Shown here one piece after another: positions 49,875-53,122 of a stretch of DNA of 53,122 bases; position 1 is the first letter of the stretch, and every line of letters starts with the position of its first letter. Position numbers and translations under genes: made by a program. Source of the stretch: Anaerolineales bacterium (GTDB lineage: Bacteria; Chloroflexota; Anaerolineae; Anaerolineales; UBA11858); assembly GCA_018335275.1 (NCBI GenBank), contig JAGXKM010000001.1:74154-127275 (forward strand), written 5' to 3'. Under the pieces are notes generated by a model, which was not told the origin of the DNA, made no database searches, and worked only from the letters and a program-made list of their open reading frames with translations.

Positions 49875-49964
49875 AAATTTTCTCGATGTCTTCCATCATA
49901 CTTATCTGTATGATGCGGTTTTCCCAACCGACATGGTTCAGAGCTTCAGCTTGACAAACACCGA

Positions 49965-51149
49965 TTAACGAATGCTGTCCATAAACTCTTCATGATTTGC
50001 TACCCATTCCCGGATTAAGGACAATAAAGCCTGCATCTGTTTTTCCAATTGACTGCTCAACTGGCGTATTTGATCATGCATCTCTTGAGCGCCGTCTTCC
50101 AATATCGTCAACCGTTCACCCAGTTCCCTGTTTTGGCGTTCGATCTCACTTCTATGCTCGTTCTGGGTTAATGTGTAGTTAGTCCACCGCTTCTGATCGT
50201 CTGCCTTGAATGAGGTCCACTCTTGGCGGAAACGTTCCTCCGCCAAGCGCTGCATTTCTGTAATCTCATTTATACGTCGTTCTACCTGCTCAGCAAGATT
50301 ATCTACCTTTTCTTTCGTGCGTTTCACGACTTGATGCGTGGAATCCAGCTTGCGGACCTGGTCCGTAACCTCATCCGCCCTTCTTTCAAAATCTGAAAAC
50401 CGGGCTTTCCAATTCTTCCATTTTTTCTCTCGTTCCGCAGCTGCCAGCGTATGCTGTTCGATAAATTCATCTTGCTCTTTCCTCAATTCCCGCCTGATGC
50501 GCTCCAAATCTTCCACCCGGGTAGTGAGTTTCTGAAGGTCCGCTTCCCGGACATCCAACCGACCCCTTTGTTCATCCAAACGCTTTCGGATCGCAGTCAC
50601 CTCGCCCTGAACATCCGTAATCCGCTTTAACTCTTGTTGGCGCTCTTCTTTTGCGAGACGCATCTGCCTTTTCTGTTCTTCAGATTCCCGCTGCAGAGTA
50701 TTAATGTCTTTTTGAACGTCCCCTACGGTATTGTGAAGTTTGTTCTCCTCTTCGATCCTGAGGGACATCTGCCTTTCGATTTCTTCGACTTTCGAGAACT
50801 CTTCACGCAGGGTTTCCACCTGCGTCTCTTGACCCTGGATCTGGGTACGAAGCACCTTTTTTGTTTCCCGTATCCATCCCTTAACTTCTTTTTCAAAATC
50901 CTTTTCTTTTCGACCCTGTTCTACGCGAAATCCAGCCAACTCATCATCCAAATCATCCACGCGAGTTAACGCCATTCGCAATCTGGTGACCTCGCTGTCT
51001 AACTCCTTATTTTTTTTATCAGCAGCATCCAGCTTGCCTTCCAAGGATAAAATTTTATTTTCCAGATCCTTAATCTTTTTACTGTCTTTTCGATGCTCAT
51101 CATCAAGCCATTCCACTTGTTTTGTAAGCTGTTCGAGATCCATGACCAA
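49965..51149 (-). CDS. Long coiled-coil hypothetical protein
   Basis: 394 aa, continuous heptad E/K/R/Q-rich sequence with no Pro; extended -10 TGCTATAAT and AGGAG RBS upstream. Confidence 0.85.
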   Translation of the reverse strand: MVMDLEQLTKQVEWLDDEHRKDSKKIKDLENKILSLEGKLDAADKKNKELDSEVTRLRMALTRVDDLDDELAGFRVEQGRKEKDFEKEVKGWIRETKKVLRTQIQGQETQVETLREEFSKVEEIERQMSLRIEEENKLHNTVGDVQKDINTLQRESEEQKRQMRLAKEERQQELKRITDVQGEVTAIRKRLDEQRGRLDVREADLQKLTTRVEDLERIRRELRKEQDEFIEQHTLAAAEREKKWKNWKARFSDFERRADEVTDQVRKLDSTHQVVKRTKEKVDNLAEQVERRINEITEMQRLAEERFRQEWTSFKADDQKRWTNYTLTQNEHRSEIERQNRELGERLTILEDGAQEMHDQIRQLSSQLEKQMQALLSLIREWVANHEEFMDSIR

Positions 51150-51237
51150 AACTCCTATTTTGAAAGCAAATCAAGCAAGGTGATTATAGCACGGCAGGAA
51201 AATACTTCACCAGCTCATGGTCAGCGAAAATTAACCC

Positions 51238-52626
51238 TTAGAATTGTAAGATGTCCGCCACGGGAGACACCCACCCTAAAAGGAGATGGGGCACCAACCC
51301 CGTCGCCAATAATATCAGGCAAATCAACAGGATGGTTGCCGTCGTAACCCCGAACGGCTCCTCACTTTCAAAACGTTCTCGGCTCCGTCCGCTGAGAATG
51401 GATAAGGTTCGGATCCCACCGATCAGCAGCCCCAGGTTTCCGATAAAAAACAACCCCCCTGACCAGGATGGGGTCCCCTGCAACATCGTCCCCAGCGACC
51501 AATGCAGTGGGAACCCCCCTGCGAGGGGCAAACCCGCTAGCGTGAAAATTCCACCCAGCAAACCCAACGAGGTGATAGGGGCTGTCCGAGCCAAACCCTC
51601 CAGGTGAGGGTAATCAAGTACCCCCACCTTTTTTTGGAAGGAAGAAAGGGCTAGGGACCAAATCCCCAGAGCCAACCCCTGGATGAATAGCATCGCGAAA
51701 TAAACCTGGGTTCCATCTGGTTGTAAACTAAAAGCGACCAGGGAACGACCCAGCTCAACAATCACCCCTACCCCCATCATGCGTCCCACATGGGTGACGA
51801 AAACTGCAGCAACCCCTCCAATGACGATCATCATTAAACCAACCCATTGGATAACTCCCAAGGCATCGATCCATTCCAACACCCAATGGGATTGCGATAG
51901 ATATTTCAAAGCGAACAACAACACACCATTGATATAAAAGAAGAAAATAAACCCAGCCAGAAAGGGAGGATTCTCCTCAGCGGTCATAGAGATCCAGCTC
52001 GTGAAAGGAAAAATCCCCAACAGGAAAGAAAAGCCCAAGCCCATGAGCACCATGGTGCGCTCGATCAGCGCCTTGTCTACCGTTTCCAGGTCAACCCAGC
52101 TCAATAACCACGCTGCAAATAGGATACAAATCGTGCCTAAAATTTGATAAACCAAGAAACGCAGCGCTCCACTTGTGGGAGGGGCCTCAGATGGGGAGAG
52201 CAGGATCACAGATAGCATCGTTAAAAACCCAAAGAAGATAGCTGCATAAAAGATGGGTTCTACCGTATATCCCGTGATCACCAAAGCAATTGATATCAAA
52301 CCCAAGGGAAAAAGTTTAGTAGGGATGGATCCTGCAATACCTAATAAAAACCAAAATGCTAGTAACAGATAAATAAGGAGCAGGAGGGGACGGTCCGCAT
52401 TTTCCAGCAGTAAACGGCGACCAAAAAAAACCAGCTGACCCTTCACCTCCCCACGCAGAGGACCAACAATGAAGGTTTCATCAATGGGGAGTATGCCAGC
52501 CAGGAGAGCAAAAAACAGCGCGCTGCTCAAACCCATCCAGCGAATAAGGAGGGGCTTATTGGAAAGCAATAAGAGCCCAAAAGCAATGACCGAGGGCAGG
52601 ACAATCCAGAGCACAGGGGCGTTCAT
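51238..52626 (-). CDS. Proton-conducting membrane subunit (NuoN/HyfB/MrpD-like), divergent
   Basis: About 14 TM segments; ALRFL.Y, G.FPF..W, LAGLPL.GGF motifs. Confidence 0.72.
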   Translation of the reverse strand: MNAPVLWIVLPSVIAFGLLLLSNKPLLIRWMGLSSALFFALLAGILPIDETFIVGPLRGEVKGQLVFFGRRLLLENADRPLLLLIYLLLAFWFLLGIAGSIPTKLFPLGLISIALVITGYTVEPIFYAAIFFGFLTMLSVILLSPSEAPPTSGALRFLVYQILGTICILFAAWLLSWVDLETVDKALIERTMVLMGLGFSFLLGIFPFTSWISMTAEENPPFLAGFIFFFYINGVLLFALKYLSQSHWVLEWIDALGVIQWVGLMMIVIGGVAAVFVTHVGRMMGVGVIVELGRSLVAFSLQPDGTQVYFAMLFIQGLALGIWSLALSSFQKKVGVLDYPHLEGLARTAPITSLGLLGGIFTLAGLPLAGGFPLHWSLGTMLQGTPSWSGGLFFIGNLGLLIGGIRTLSILSGRSRERFESEEPFGVTTATILLICLILLATGLVPHLLLGWVSPVADILQF

Positions 52627-53122
52627 TCCCTGACCTCCAGGGTAGATATGTTTAATACATAAGAACCCAACAAAGCTAATCCTAAATGATTTGCAGCTAA
52701 GAGAGCTGTCATGAAAACGGAGGCTTCAACAGTTGCATAGAGGATTTCAAAACCCGATAAAATCGTCAACAAACTAACGATGATACGCGTCGATTGAACA
52801 GCCAGCCCCAGATGAATCATCCCCATTCCAAGCAGCAACAAGCCTCCTAAAACCTGCTGCTTCGTAGCTCCAATAAACCAGTTCATTATCTGTGGGAAAA
52901 AGGAGGAAATGGACAGGGCAGCCAAGACCGCAACCAGGCAGCGGAATAATTTATTTGGGAGTTGGCCGGAATCCTGGGTGACTTTCCAGCCATCGGAACT
53001 CAAATAAGAAACACTCAATACAGCCACTGCAAACCATCCAGCCACCGCTTTGATCAACGCACGTTCCAAAGACCAACTTTCCAGAATCAACACTGTCACA
53101 CCCCCATACTGGAGAAACAATA
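52623..53122 (-). CDS. Membrane protein, possibly HyfE/NuoK-like (5' truncated)
   Basis: Multi-TM ORF running off the window edge; ATGA-type overlap with the downstream antiporter-like gene. Confidence 0.6.
   Translation of the reverse strand, partial: LFLQYGGVTVLILESWSLERALIKAVAGWFAVAVLSVSYLSSDGWKVTQDSGQLPNKLFRCLVAVLAALSISSFFPQIMNWFIGATKQQVLGGLLLLGMGMIHLGLAVQSTRIIVSLLTILSGFEILYATVEASVFMTALLAANHLGLALLGSYVLNISTLEVRE

Overview
Gene-dense bacterial core-chromosome segment, most likely Chloroflexota/Anaerolineae (inferred from gene content and protein style, not from a search). No mobile element, CRISPR array or rRNA was seen. In order it holds: (1) a tightly packed phospho-signalling operon (Ser/Thr kinase-beta-propeller, PP2C, J-domain-vWA fusion, Zn-ribbon-FHA, 80-aa unknown, OmpR-type regulator) followed by a NarL-type regulator; (2) a Firmicutes-like prkC-rpe-rpmB-yloU-fakA-degV-recG-coaD block; (3) a PHP + Schlafen/AlbA_2 fusion next to mogA; (4) hsp20-lon-receiver; (5) tRNA-Arg(TCT) and two winged-helix-like unknowns; (6) a LysM/M23 peptidase, efp, mutL and a CtpA/YugP/HtrA protease trio; (7) rpmH-rnpA-yidD-(beta-propeller lipoprotein)-yidC-jag, pfkB-parA-parB, selB and antiporter-like membrane subunits. 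rpmB, rpmH and the tRNA are absent from the ORF track and were read by hand. Best leads are the kinase/phosphatase/J-vWA/FHA module, the PHP-Schlafen fusion, the multi-winged-helix pair, and two unassigned structured 5' leaders (28785-28917 and upstream of selB). All family calls come from motif recognition; no database search was run.
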